A stretch of DNA of 64,000 nt from an uncultured delta proteobacterium (GCA_963767925.1 CAVYGB010000008.1:2880001-2944000), one strand, 5' to 3'; shown: positions 10,488 through 24,626, counted from the first letter of the stretch. Notes: generated by a model from the letters alone, not told the origin. Numbers and translations are program-made.

Positions 10488-11654
10488 CTAAAAAGCGATC
10501 TTGAACGCATCCACCTCGGCGGCGGTCCAGCCGTAGACCGCCTGGACGCGGGCGATCACCTCGTCCAGCCGGGACACCTCGTTCGCGGTGTCGAGGGCGT
10601 ACCGGTACAGCGTGACGGGCCCCGCGGGCGGGATCCCGAGCACCGTGAGAAGCTCGTCGATCTGAACGTCGGTGATGGTCCGGTTCGCCCCCGGCATCAT
10701 CCGGAAGCCGTAGGCGAAGCCGAGCCCCTCGCCGAGGCTGTGCAGGGCCCCCGCCACGTTGGCCTGCCCGAACCGGGTGCGGGCGTCGTTGGCGTAATAG
10801 AGGGTCGTCGCCAGCAGCGCCCGCTCCCAGTCGGCGCGGATGGCGCCCAGGGCCTCCTGCAGCTCGGCCGCGCAGCCGGCTCCCGCCCTGGCCGCCGCGC
10901 GGGCCCGGATCAGGTTGCCCTTGATGCGCGGGTAGATGCCGGGGGTGGCCGCCCGGGGGTCGCTGCGGCGGCGGGCGTAGACCGCCGACCAGGTGTCGGC
11001 GCTGCCCGCCCCGGCGTCCCCCGTGCCGAAGCTGGGGTGGCCGCCGTAGAGGGCGAGGATGCGATCGACGGTCGCCGCCGTCACCGTCCCGCCCATCAGG
11101 CTCACGGCCCGGTTGTAGAACGACGCCACGAACATGCCCTTGTCGATGGCCTGGCGGATGTCGAGGCCCTCGGGCGAGAAGATGTCCACGCCCAGCTTGC
11201 CGCCGGTGGCCGGCGGGGGATCGGCCGGGGCCCAGGCGTTGCCCGCCGAGGCCTCGAACAGCGCGAGCCACTCGTCGACCTTGCCGGCGAAATATGGGGT
11301 CGTGATCGAGCGCAGCGAGGGCGGGCCCTGGTCGAAGCGGGCGCGCAGCTCGGCGACTGTCGGCTTGAGGGTCGTGTCGTTGCCGGCGTTGCGCATCGGC
11401 ATCATGAACGACTCGTGGGCCGCGCGCAGGCCGAGCTCGACGATGGCGTTGCTCTCGTAGTCGGCCCCGTCGTAGCGGTCCGGATCAGCGGGCGCGCAGG
11501 CGCTGACCGGTCCCTCGGAGCCCACCCCGGCGTCCTCGCGAACCGCGCCGGCGTCTTCGCGAACCGCGGGGGGAGCGCCCGGGCCCGCCTCGTCGCAGGC
11601 CCACGAAACAGGGGCGGCCAGGGCAAGGGCCAGGATCGCCAGGTACTGCCTCAT
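10488..11654 (-). CDS. Lipoprotein, DUF4856-like (iron-cluster associated)
   Basis: Signal peptide with SWAC lipobox; GLDIRQAIDKGM..A.FY and LHSLGEGLGFAYG motifs; first gene of the imelysin/HTTM/receptor run. Confidence 0.65.
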   Translation of the reverse strand: MRQYLAILALALAAPVSWACDEAGPGAPPAVREDAGAVREDAGVGSEGPVSACAPADPDRYDGADYESNAIVELGLRAAHESFMMPMRNAGNDTTLKPTVAELRARFDQGPPSLRSITTPYFAGKVDEWLALFEASAGNAWAPADPPPATGGKLGVDIFSPEGLDIRQAIDKGMFVASFYNRAVSLMGGTVTAATVDRILALYGGHPSFGTGDAGAGSADTWSAVYARRRSDPRAATPGIYPRIKGNLIRARAAARAGAGCAAELQEALGAIRADWERALLATTLYYANDARTRFGQANVAGALHSLGEGLGFAYGFRMMPGANRTITDVQIDELLTVLGIPPAGPVTLYRYALDTANEVSRLDEVIARVQAVYGWTAAEVDAFKIAF

Positions 11655-11703
11655 CTTGCGGGGACGTCTCCTCGAGCTTGCGGCTTTCCTAGCAGATGCC
11701 AAT

Positions 11704-11722
11704 GAAAATGAGAACGAAAATC
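11704..11722 (-). promoter_or_regulatory. Fur-box-like site upstream of the DUF4856-imelysin-HTTM operon
   Basis: GAAAATGAGAACGAAAATC matches 13/19 of the Fur consensus, in an isolated AT-rich patch 50 bp upstream of the start codon. Confidence 0.6.
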
Positions 11723-11801
11723 ACTTTGGAGGGCGGCCGGTCCGGGTCCGCGATCCAGGTCGCGCCGGCGGCCTGAGCGCGCGACGGGCCAGGCCGCGGC
11801 G

Positions 11802-12626
11802 TCACTCCAGACGGTAGGCCAGCGGCACGTCGACGGCGATCGCGCCGCCGAGCTCGGCGGGCGGCGGCGGGAACGGGGCGGAGGCCAGCAGCGTGCGGGA
11901 GGCGGCCTCGCACAGGACGGTGTGCTCGCAGGATCCGACGAGGCGCAGCTCGAGCAGCTTGCCGCTGCCGTCGATCGCCACGCGCATCACCACCACGCCT
12001 TCGATCCCTTCGCGCTCGGCTTCGGGCGGGTAGCGGAAGCGGGCGGCGATGCGGCTGCGGAACAGCTCGCGCAGGTAGCGCTCGAGCAGTGAGCGGCGCT
12101 GGCTCGGATCGGGCGGTGGCAACGTGCCGCCGACCTGTCCGCCCACCACGCCGCCGGCGACTCCCTGGTCGACCCCCTGCTCCTGCTGATCCTCTTGCGG
12201 CGGTTGCTCCTCGGGGGCGGGCGCCGCGGCCTGCGGCGTCGGCTCCACCCGGGGCTGGACCAGCTCGGGGGTCGGGGTGGGCCGGGGACGGGGCCGCTTC
12301 GGCACGGCCGCCCGCGCGGGAGGAGGAGGAGGCGGCGGAGGCGCCAGCGGGGTGGTCAGGAAGGTCACCGAGACCGAGGGCGCCGTGAGCTCGTCGACCT
12401 GCCAGAACGAGAGGCAGACGCCGGCCGCGACTACCAGCCCGTGGGCCGCCAGGGAGACCGCGATCATGCGGGTGCGGGCGCGCCCCGCGGGGCGCGCGTC
12501 GCGCCCCTGGGCGAGGAACGCCCCGAAGCAGGCCGGCCCGGCGGACGGTGGCGCGAGAGTCGCGGCGGCGGGAGCCGGGAGCGAGGCCGGCTCGGGGGCC
12601 CCGGGAGATGCGGTCGTGGCGGGCAC
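11802..12626 (-). CDS. TonB family protein (second copy; start uncertain)
   Basis: SLAAHGL TM segment, poly-Pro linker, GVAGGVVGG, RYPPEAEREGIEGVV.MRVAIDGSG..APFPPPP. Confidence 0.8.
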   Translation of the reverse strand: MPATTASPGAPEPASLPAPAAATLAPPSAGPACFGAFLAQGRDARPAGRARTRMIAVSLAAHGLVVAAGVCLSFWQVDELTAPSVSVTFLTTPLAPPPPPPPPARAAVPKRPRPRPTPTPELVQPRVEPTPQAAAPAPEEQPPQEDQQEQGVDQGVAGGVVGGQVGGTLPPPDPSQRRSLLERYLRELFRSRIAARFRYPPEAEREGIEGVVVMRVAIDGSGKLLELRLVGSCEHTVLCEAASRTLLASAPFPPPPAELGGAIAVDVPLAYRLE

Positions 12627-12839
12627 CAGGATCGGATGATAACGGATGTGACGTGCAGTTTCACCTCTGACCGGGCGCCCCACCTCGCCCGCTGGCATAC
12701 CGCGGCAAGGCACCGATCTTGCGCCTCGCCGGCCCGCGCCGCCCGCCGGTGGCAGCCGCCGCCCGTGCCGGAACGGCAGGTCCGCCGCGCTCCGGGACCC
12801 GCACCGAGAACACCGAGCGCTGGGGTAGGATCCGGTCGT

Positions 12840-13328
12840 ATGGCCGGCAAAGCCAGCGCCCGATCGAAGGCGCCCAGCGCAGGGTATTCGGGCACGCCCT
12901 TGCCGAAGAAGCTGGGGATCAAGGAGGGCCACCAGGTCGCGATCCTCGGCGCCCCCGCCGAGCTCCCCGAGGGCCTCACCCCGTTGCCCGACGGCGTGAA
13001 GCTCACCCGCCGCCTGCCGCCTGCGCCCCGCGCACGCAGCGGCGCCGGGCTCGACGTCACCGGCCTCGACGTCATTGTCCTCTTCGCGCGCCACCTGGCC
13101 GATCTCCCCGCGGCCTTCCGCGCCGCCACCCGCCAGCTCGACCCCGCGGGCGGCCTCTGGGTGGCCTGGCCCAAGAGGGCCTCCGGAGTCGCCACCGACA
13201 TCACCGAGGACCGCGTCCGCGAGGTCGCCCTCGCCGCCGGTCTGGTCGACAACAAGGTCTGTGCGATCGACGGCGTGTGGTCCGGGCTGCGCTGCGTGTA
13301 CCGGCTGAAGGATCGTCCGCAGCGCTAG
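12840..13328 (+). CDS. DUF3052-like protein
   Basis: AGYSGTPLPKKLGIK, GGLWVAWPKRASGVATDITED.VRE.AL..GLVDNKVCAID..WSGLR. Confidence 0.8.
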   Translation: MAGKASARSKAPSAGYSGTPLPKKLGIKEGHQVAILGAPAELPEGLTPLPDGVKLTRRLPPAPRARSGAGLDVTGLDVIVLFARHLADLPAAFRAATRQLDPAGGLWVAWPKRASGVATDITEDRVREVALAAGLVDNKVCAIDGVWSGLRCVYRLKDRPQR

Positions 13329-13365
13329 CAGGGACGGGGACGCGTACGGACGGGTTCAGGGGTCG

Positions 13366-14147
13366 TTATTCGTCGGCGATGACCGGGCTGCGCAGGAGGC
13401 CTACCCCTTCGAGCTCGACCTCTACGGTGTCGCCGGGGCGGAGGGCGCGGGTCTGGCCGGGGGTGCCGGTGTAGACCAGATCGCCAGGGGCCAGGGTGCA
13501 GAAGCGGCTGACGAAGCTCACGACCGTGGCGCAATCGAACAGCAGATCGGAGGTGGTCTGCTGCTGCACCACTTCGCCGTTGACCCGCGTGGTCAGCGGC
13601 AGCCGATCCGGGTCGAGGCCGGTGGCGACGATCGGGCCGCAGGGGGCGAAGGTGTCCGAGCCCTTGGCCCGCCACCACTGCAGGTCCTTCTTGGGACCCG
13701 CTTGCCACTGCCGCTCGCTGACGTCGTTGCCGCAGGTCACGCCGAAGATGGCCGCCCGCGCCTGCTCGGGCGACAGGTGCTTGCCGGCCTGTCCGATCAC
13801 CAGCACCAGCTCGCCCTCGAAGTGCACGTCGGTCGAGTCGCGGGGCAGCCGGATCGGATCGCCCGGGTTCTGCAGCGACGAGAGCGGTTTCCAGAAGATC
13901 TCCGGCTGCTCGGGCGCGGGCCGGGTGCCGAGGTGGCTGCGGTAGTTGCGCCCCACCGCGAAGATCTTCTGGGGCTCGGTCGGAAACAGCAGCTTCACCT
14001 CGCCGAGGGCAATGCGGGCCCCCGCCTCGACGCCGTCCAGGTAAGGGGCGGCGGTCAGCTCGTGGATGGTGTCGCCCTCGAGCCGCCCGTGGCGGGCCCG
14101 GCCCCCCTGGGCGAACCGAACGAAAAACGCGCTCCGGCTGGATTGGC

Positions 14148-14151
<4 letters not shown>
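13366..14151 (-). CDS. Fumarylacetoacetate hydrolase family protein
   Basis: KIFAVGRNYRSH, HFEGELVLVIG, CGNDVSER, AKGSDTFAPCGP, PGDLVYTGTPG. Confidence 0.92.
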
Positions 14152-15365
<1,214 letters not shown>

Positions 15366-15402
15366 GGCGAAGCTTTCCTCTTCTAATCCAGCGGCCGGAG
15401 TG

Positions 15403-16062
15403 TCAAGGCGAAAGCGACAAGCCCAGCCCGCCGAGCGCGGCCCGCACCGGCTGCCAGCCCGGATCTCCGGGCATCGCGGCCCGTATCACGCCCGGGGCGG
15501 CCACCACCTGGTTGTCGATGACCAGCCGCGCGCGGTCACGCGGGCGGCACTCCGCCAGGTAACGCTCGTGGGCGGGTAGATAGCGCCGCTGGATGCGACG
15601 CTCGATCTCCGCCTGTGTCCGCCCCTTGCCGAGGTCGCGCGCCACGACGCGACGCCAGGCCTCCTCACGCGGGATGTCCAGGTAGATCGAAAGCGCCCCC
15701 TCCGCGCCCGCCAGCCGGGCCACGAACACCCCCTCGACGATGGCCACCGAGGCCTGCCCGAAGGCAAGGGGCGTCTCGTCGCCGAGGGCCTCGCTCTCGC
15801 CGGCCAGCGTCCGGTAGCGGCAGCCAGGCGCGCCCGCCTGGAACTCGGCCAGGCAGCGATCGAGCTCGGCGAGGTCGTAGCGCGCGTCGTAGTAGAGGTC
15901 GAGCTCGCTCCGATCCGCGCGGGTCCAGTCGACCGGCCGGCGAAAGTCGTCGACCGCGAAGCGCACCGCCTGGCCGCCGAGCGCTTCGGCCAGCCGCCGG
16001 GCCAGCACCGACTTGCCGCTGCCGTCGAGGCCGTCGACCGTGACGATGCGGCGCCCGCTCAC
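15403..16062 (-). CDS. P-loop kinase, uridine kinase-like
   Basis: IVTVDGLDGSGKS, VDDF, IVEGVF, RVVARD, RYLPA; GTG start overlaps the cysQ stop (GTGA). Confidence 0.75.
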   Translation of the reverse strand: MSGRRIVTVDGLDGSGKSVLARRLAEALGGQAVRFAVDDFRRPVDWTRADRSELDLYYDARYDLAELDRCLAEFQAGAPGCRYRTLAGESEALGDETPLAFGQASVAIVEGVFVARLAGAEGALSIYLDIPREEAWRRVVARDLGKGRTQAEIERRIQRRYLPAHERYLAECRPRDRARLVIDNQVVAAPGVIRAAMPGDPGWQPVRAALGGLGLSLSP

Positions 16063-16895
16063 CGGAACAGGACCGCCAGCCGGGCCAGCAGATCGCCGTG
16101 GCAGGCGCCGTTGCTCGACACGACGCCCCGGGGGCGCCCGACGTCGGGCTGGTTGTAGCGCAGGCGGGCCCCGTCGGCGTCGCTGACCCGCCCGCCGGCC
16201 TCGTGGATGATCAGCTCGGGAGCGCAGCTGTCCCATTCCTTCTCGCCGAAGGTGGCGGTCACGACAGCGTCGAGATCGCCCCGGGCCAGCGCCGTGTATT
16301 TGATGGAGGCGCCCGAGCGCAACACGCCCGCCTCGAGCCCCTCGCGGGCCAGCCAGGCCAGCAGCGCGGGCGGCGCGAGGTGCCGGCTGATCCCGATCCG
16401 GAACTCCTCGATGCGCGTCCGCTGCGAGGTGCGCAGGCGCTGGACGCCGTCGCGCCCCTCCCGGAAGGCCCCCTGCCCCAGCACCGCCCGGTAGAGTGTG
16501 TCCTGCACCGGGTGGTACACGACCGCCACCGTGGGCAGGCCCTCGATGGCCAGGGCCACGTGCACCGCGAAGTCGTCGGTGCGCGCGAGGAACCCGCGGG
16601 TGCCGTCGAGGGGATCGATGATCCAGACCCGGCGGGCGGTGAGGCGGGCGGAGTCGTCGGCGCTCTCCTCGCTCAACCAGGCATCGTCGGGGAAGGCCCC
16701 CCGGATGGTGGTCTCGATGGCGGCATTGGCCGCCAGGTCGGCCTGGCTGACGGGAGACCCGTCGGCCTTCGTCTCGACGCTCGGCCCCTGGGCCGCCCGG
16801 TAATGGTGGAGCAGGACCTCGCCCGCGCGGCGGGCGGCCTCCTCGGCGGCGGTGAGCTCGCGCTGGAAAGCGTGGATGGGGGAATCAGCGGACAC
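16059..16895 (-). CDS. cysQ: 3'(2'),5'-bisphosphate nucleotidase CysQ / inositol monophosphatase family
   Basis: KADGSPVSQAD, LSEE, WIIDPLDGT, EWDSCA motifs. Confidence 0.85.
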   Translation of the reverse strand: MSADSPIHAFQRELTAAEEAARRAGEVLLHHYRAAQGPSVETKADGSPVSQADLAANAAIETTIRGAFPDDAWLSEESADDSARLTARRVWIIDPLDGTRGFLARTDDFAVHVALAIEGLPTVAVVYHPVQDTLYRAVLGQGAFREGRDGVQRLRTSQRTRIEEFRIGISRHLAPPALLAWLAREGLEAGVLRSGASIKYTALARGDLDAVVTATFGEKEWDSCAPELIIHEAGGRVSDADGARLRYNQPDVGRPRGVVSSNGACHGDLLARLAVLFR

Positions 16896-16935
16896 GGAAG
16901 CCCGCGATGTTATCACGCGGGCGGACGATCCCCGA

Positions 16936-17883
16936 TCAGGGCGTCCAGGGCTCGGCGACGGCGTGGCCGAAGGCCCCGGGGTCGAGGGTCAGGCCGAGGA
17001 CGTGGGCGATGGTGGCGGCGGTGTCCTGGGTGCCGACCTGGGCCTCGAGGGGGCGGCCAGCGCGGATGCCGGGCCCCTTCACGATCCAGGGGATGTGGAC
17101 GTCCTCGGGCAAGCCCGACCAGTGGATGTAGCCCGAGCCGCCGTGGTCGGCCGAGACCAGCACCGTCGCGTCGGGAGGGATCGCGGCCAGCAGGCGCCCC
17201 AGGGCGGCGTCGGTCGCCGCCACCTGGACCAGGTAGGCCGGCGACATCCAGCCCAGGGCGTGCCCGACCATGTCGACCTGGGGCAGGTGCACGAACATCA
17301 GATCGAACCCGGCGGCCAGCTCCTGCACGGCCTCGTCGATCACGTCGGCGTCGCGGTCGGGCGCCCACACGAAGACGTCGAAGTCGTCGGGCGGGGCGAG
17401 CTGGATCATCTTCTCCTTGCCGACCACCAGCACCACCCGCTTGCCCGCGCGCCGGGCCGCCGACATCACGGTGGGGACGGCGATGTAGCCGGGCCGCAGG
17501 TCGTTGTGGAACAGGCCGTGCGACTCGGGGGGAAAGCCCGAGACCATCGAGGCGTGCGAGGGGAGCGTGTAGGAGTGCCCGATGGTGCGCGCCCGCCAGG
17601 AGTAGGCCCCCCGGCAGGCCAGCGCCTGCAGGTTGGAGGCCGGCGCGTAAAACAGGGCGTCGGGCCGCAACCCGTCGACGCTGATGAGCACGACCCGGGC
17701 GCCCGGCTCACCCGGCAGGGGCCCGGCCAGCGGCGCCTCCTCGGTCACGCCCGGGAAGACGTCGCAGCGCGGCGCCACGTCGAAGATGTCCGCGACGGCG
17801 ATCGACGGCGGCCTGCCGTCCCCGCAGGCCGTCCATGCGACCGCGAGCACCAGCAGCCGGCTCGCGACTCCCGCTGTCCGCAC
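16936..17883 (-). CDS. Alkaline phosphatase superfamily (nucleotide pyrophosphatase/phosphodiesterase) lipoprotein
   Basis: TAC lipobox; VVLISVDGLRPD, TLPSHASMVSG, D..GH, SADHGG. Confidence 0.85.
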   Translation of the reverse strand: MRTAGVASRLLVLAVAWTACGDGRPPSIAVADIFDVAPRCDVFPGVTEEAPLAGPLPGEPGARVVLISVDGLRPDALFYAPASNLQALACRGAYSWRARTIGHSYTLPSHASMVSGFPPESHGLFHNDLRPGYIAVPTVMSAARRAGKRVVLVVGKEKMIQLAPPDDFDVFVWAPDRDADVIDEAVQELAAGFDLMFVHLPQVDMVGHALGWMSPAYLVQVAATDAALGRLLAAIPPDATVLVSADHGGSGYIHWSGLPEDVHIPWIVKGPGIRAGRPLEAQVGTQDTAATIAHVLGLTLDPGAFGHAVAEPWTP

Positions 17884-17907
17884 CGGCTCAGGGTAGCATC
17901 GATGCGC

Positions 17908-19114
<1,207 letters not shown>

Positions 19115-19280
19115 TTCGGCCCGTTTCCTATCGCGAAGGTTCGACGCAAGCAACCGACCCGAAAGGGGGTAGGCTCCTTGTCGCAAGGCTTGGATTCCCG
19201 GCGACACCCCTGGTTACAAGGGTCAGGAAGTGCTGGCGCAGCAGGGCGTCCGTGACTAGACTTCGGCAAAAGGAGCATTG

Positions 19281-19688
19281 ATGTCCACCGCACAGGCCGA
19301 GACCCCCACGACCACCTCTGCTACCCCGGCAGCCTCCCCGCCCGACACCGACCCCGGCTCCAACCCGGTGGCGCTGACCGACAAGGCCGCCGAGAAGGTC
19401 AAGGAGATCCGCTCCGAGGAGAACATCGAGGACACCTACGCTCTGCGGCTGAAGGTCCAGGGTGGTGGCTGCTCGGGCTTCTCCTACGACCTCTACTTCG
19501 ACCAGCAGCAGGACATCGACCACGCCTTCGAGTCCCACGGGATCAAGCTGATCTGCGACCAGATGAGCCTGATGTACCTCATGGGGACCGAGGTCGACTA
19601 CGTCGAGGGCCTGCACGGCGCCGGGTTCAAGTTCATCAACCCGAACGTCAAGTCCACCTGCGGCTGCGGCAGCTCCTTCAGCGTCTGA
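19281..19688 (+). CDS. erpA: Iron-sulfur cluster assembly accessory protein (HesB/IscA/ErpA family)
   Basis: LRLKVQGGGCSGFSY, NPNVKSTCGCGSSF; AGGAG RBS. Confidence 0.9.
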   Translation: MSTAQAETPTTTSATPAASPPDTDPGSNPVALTDKAAEKVKEIRSEENIEDTYALRLKVQGGGCSGFSYDLYFDQQQDIDHAFESHGIKLICDQMSLMYLMGTEVDYVEGLHGAGFKFINPNVKSTCGCGSSFSV

Positions 19689-19736
19689 GTCGCCTCGAGG
19701 GCTGAACGTTCCCTGCTCGGGGCGCTCCCCCCGACG

Positions 19737-20093
19737 TCAGGGCACGTCCACGCCCTCGTCCTTTTTCAGGCGCACGATCTTGGTCAGGCACTGCTGCCGG
19801 ATCTGGCCGCGCACGGCCGGGCTGGCATCTTCGATCGAGTCGCGCAGCAGGTCCTGGTAGCCCTTGCACCGGATCGACCCTGGCTCGGCGGCGCAGATGT
19901 AGTCGCGCACCCGCTGGCAGGGGTTGCGGGCGCTGTCGATCGCCTCGAGCACCACCCACACCACGCCGGCGGCCAGGGCCCCCACCGCGATGGCGGCCAG
20001 CGCCCGCCGGCGCTTGCGGTACTGGTAGGGGTCGATCTCCTCGGCCTCCCTGGCGCGGTCGCGTCGCTCGCGCTCGTCCCGGTCCTGGTCCAT
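19737..20093 (-). CDS. Hypothetical membrane-anchored protein with four Cys
   Basis: Charged N-terminus, one TM helix, then NPC..VRDYIC...C...C; GC3-rich codon usage. Confidence 0.65.
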   Translation of the reverse strand: MDQDRDERERRDRAREAEEIDPYQYRKRRRALAAIAVGALAAGVVWVVLEAIDSARNPCQRVRDYICAAEPGSIRCKGYQDLLRDSIEDASPAVRGQIRQQCLTKIVRLKKDEGVDVP

Positions 20094-20192
20094 GGGCACG
20101 CTCCCCGGCCCAGTATCGGCGAGGCGCCCCACCCTGTCATCTCCTCGCCGCGCCCGATCGCCCGCCCCCCGCACCCCGTGTTAGAGACGGGG

Positions 20193-20981
20193 ATGCCCAT
20201 GCGCAAGCAGGCACCGCCGGCCACCCGCAGGCGTCCGGCCCAGCCGGCGTCTCGCCGGAGCGCCGGTCCAGACACCCGCCCGGCCACACCGGCCAGCCGC
20301 CGGGCGGTGACGAAAGCGACGCGCCGGCCGATCCGGGCCCGCTGGCCGCCCCAGCCCGATCGGGTGGGCGCCATCCTGGCCGGCCTCGAGCAGCTCTACC
20401 CCGACGTGGACTGCGAGCTGCTCCGGGAGACCCCCTTCCAGCTCCTGTGCGCCACCATCTTGTCGGCCCAGACCACCGACGAGCGGGTCAACCAGGTCAC
20501 CCCGACGCTTTGGAAGACCTTCCCCACCCCCGCCGACCTGGCCGCCGCCGACCTCGCCGTGATCGAGGAGATCATCCGCCCCACCGGCTTCTTCCGGCAG
20601 AAGGCCAGGAGCCTCAAGGGCACCGCCACCCTGATCGTCGAGCGCTTCGGGGGCGAGGTCCCCCGCACCATCGACGAGCTGCTGACCCTGCCCGGCGTGG
20701 CCCGCAAGACCGCCAACGTCGTGCTCGGCACCGCCTTCGACATCGCCGTCGGGGTGGTGGTCGACACCCACGTGCAGCGCCTCGCCCTCCGGCTCGCGCT
20801 CACCCGGCAGGTGGCCCCGCCCAAGATCGAGAGCGAGCTGATGACGGTGATCCCGCAGGAGCGCTGGATCCGCTTCTCCCACCAGCTGATCTGGCACGGC
20901 CGCCGCGTCTGCTTCGCCCGCAAGCCCGACTGCGAGCACTGCCCCCTGGCCCCCCACTGCCCCAGCGCCTTCAAGGAGTGA
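20193..20981 (+). CDS. nth: Endonuclease III
   Basis: TILSAQTTD, HhH LPGVARKTANVVL, VDTHV, C-x6-C-x2-C-x5-C FeS motif. Confidence 0.95.
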   Translation: MPMRKQAPPATRRRPAQPASRRSAGPDTRPATPASRRAVTKATRRPIRARWPPQPDRVGAILAGLEQLYPDVDCELLRETPFQLLCATILSAQTTDERVNQVTPTLWKTFPTPADLAAADLAVIEEIIRPTGFFRQKARSLKGTATLIVERFGGEVPRTIDELLTLPGVARKTANVVLGTAFDIAVGVVVDTHVQRLALRLALTRQVAPPKIESELMTVIPQERWIRFSHQLIWHGRRVCFARKPDCEHCPLAPHCPSAFKE

Positions 20982-21003
20982 CCCCCCTGGACGCCGCCGT
21001 CCC

Positions 21004-22258
21004 TCAGGCCGAGCGACCCCCGAAGTAGACCTCGTCGTAGGCGCAGGTGGCGTCCTTGTCGGGCGCCTGCGGGTAGTCCACCGCCCGCCCCTCGAAGTTG
21101 CGCAGCAGCCAGCGGTCCTCCCCGCGCTCGAGCACGTAGTCGGGCCCGATGCTCACCTTGCCCATCCCGCCCGGGGTGTCGATCACCAGGTGGGGGATGG
21201 CCAGCCCGGAGATGTGCCCGCGCAGCTTCTCCATGATCTCGATGCCGGTCTCCACCGACGTGCGCAGGTGCCCGGTCCCCGCGGCGACGTCGCCCTGGAA
21301 CAGGTAGTAGGGCCGCACCCGGCAGCGCAGCAGCTCGGTGAACAGGGCTGCGCAGCACCGGCACCGACGAGTTGACGCCCCGCGCAGCAGCACGGTCTGG
21401 TTGCCGAGCGGGATGCCGGCGTCGGCCAGCTTCTCGCAGGCCGCCGGGCCTGCGGCGTCAGCTCCTTGGGGTGGTTGAAGTGGGTGTTGATGAAGAGCGG
21501 GTGGTAGCGGCGCAACATCGCGCACAGCTCGTCGTCGACCCGCATGGGCAGCACCACCGGCACGCGGGTGCCGATGCGGATGATCTCCACGTGGGGGATC
21601 GCGCGCACCGCGGCGAGGATCTCCTCGAGCCGTCGGTCGACAGGGTCAGCGGATCGCCCCCCGAGATCAGCACGTCGCGGATGGCCGGGGTGCGCCGGAT
21701 GTAGTCGATGGCCTGGTCGAGGTCGTCCCGGGAGATCGCGCTCTCCTCCTGGCCGACCAGGCGGCGCCGGTTGCAGTGGCGGCAGTAGATGGCGCAGCGG
21801 TCGAGCGCCAGCAGCAGGCAGCGGTCGGGGTAGCGGTGGAAGATCGCCGCCACCGGCCGGTGGGCGTCTTCGCCCAGCGGATCGAGCAGCTCGCCCGGCT
21901 GGGTCACCAGCTCGCCCGGCCGGGGGATCACCTGCATGCGCACCGGGCAGCTCGGGTGGTCCCGGTCGATCAGCGAGAAGTAGTAGGGCGTGACCGCCAC
22001 CCGGAAGTGCTCGGGCGCCACCTCGAGGCCGGCCCGCTCCTCGGCGGTCAGGGGCAGCAGCTCCTGCCACTGGGCCAGGGTCGAGACCCGGTTGCGGAGC
22101 TGCCAGCGCCAGTCGGGATCGAGCAGGCGGGCGCCGATCGGCTCGGTGGCCGGCCGCACCTCGGGATCCCCCTGCTCCGCCTCGGAGGCCACGGGCAACA
22201 GCGATCGCCGCCGGGTCCCGGGGGCCGGCGCGCCGGGCTCTGGTCGCGATCCGTTCAC
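21004..22258 (-). CDS. kamA: KamA family radical SAM enzyme (lysine 2,3-aminomutase-like), split by frameshifts
   Basis: [71 protein letters not shown] across consecutive frames. Confidence 0.88.
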
Positions 22259-22265
22259 GGGTGCT

Positions 22266-22667
22266 TCACGGGGCGGGGGTCGGCTTGGCGGGCTCGCCGG
22301 TGGGGTTGGCCGCCAGGGCCAGGCGCCGCACGTAGCCTCCCAGATGCTGGATCTTCGGCCGCGACAGGGACGCGCCGAAGCCGGGCATCAGGTTGCGGCC
22401 GCCCATGATCACCCCCTCGATCTCCTCGACGCTGCGCTGGCGCAGCTCCGGGTCGCCGAAGTCGCGGATGGTGGGCATGGTCTTGCGCATCTCCGCGTCG
22501 CCCCGGCCGTCGGCGCCGTGGCAGCGCGTGCACATCTGTCCGTACAGGGTCACCGGGTCGACCGGGTGGGCGGGACCTCGCCTGGTTGCTACGAGCAGGC
22601 CAGCGGCGCCAGCCCGGCCGCCAGCACGATGGCCGCGAAGCGCCGCCTTCGGCCAGCCGCTGATCAT
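22266..22667 (-). CDS. Mono-heme cytochrome c (signal region possibly frameshifted)
   Basis: [14 protein letters not shown] and GRNLMPGF (axial Met). Confidence 0.8.
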   Translation of the reverse strand: MISGWPKAALRGHRAGGRAGAAGLLVATRRGPAHPVDPVTLYGQMCTRCHGADGRGDAEMRKTMPTIRDFGDPELRQRSVEEIEGVIMGGRNLMPGFGASLSRPKIQHLGGYVRRLALAANPTGEPAKPTPAP

Positions 22668-24393
<1,726 letters not shown>

Positions 24394-24396
24394 GTG

Positions 24397-24488
24397 GCTC
24401 CCTTCGCCGGCATTACCCGGGCAGGTTCCAAGGGTCGCACCGCGCATTTGGCGAGGTGCCTCTCAGCCGTAGTGGGCTCCCCCGAGTC
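24397..24488 (-). ncRNA. TPP (THI-box) riboswitch
   Basis: Minus strand reads GGGGGAGCC..GGCTGAGA..GACCCTTGGAACCTG.CCGGGTAATGCCGGCGAAGGGAG, ending just before the thiC ATG. Confidence 0.95.
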
Positions 24489-24499
24489 GAGAAGTTTTG

Positions 24500-24528
24500 T
24501 TTCTAGCCGGCGGTGGGGGCGAATGCAA
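24500..24528 (-). promoter_or_regulatory. Sigma70-like promoter for the TPP riboswitch/thiC
   Basis: TTGCAT-17 bp-TAGAAA on the minus strand just upstream of the aptamer. Confidence 0.55.
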
Positions 24529-24626
24529 GACGACGGAGCGCATCGCCCCGGAACCCGGCCCTGCCCCGGATGCCCGCGTCCGTCCGCCCGGTCGTCCGTC
24601 CGACGCGAGAAAGGGCGCGGACGAAC

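Noticed and set aside
11528..11570. AVREDAG x2 repeat in the DUF4856-like lipoprotein
   Set aside because: Short low-complexity linker duplication, common after lipoprotein signal peptides.
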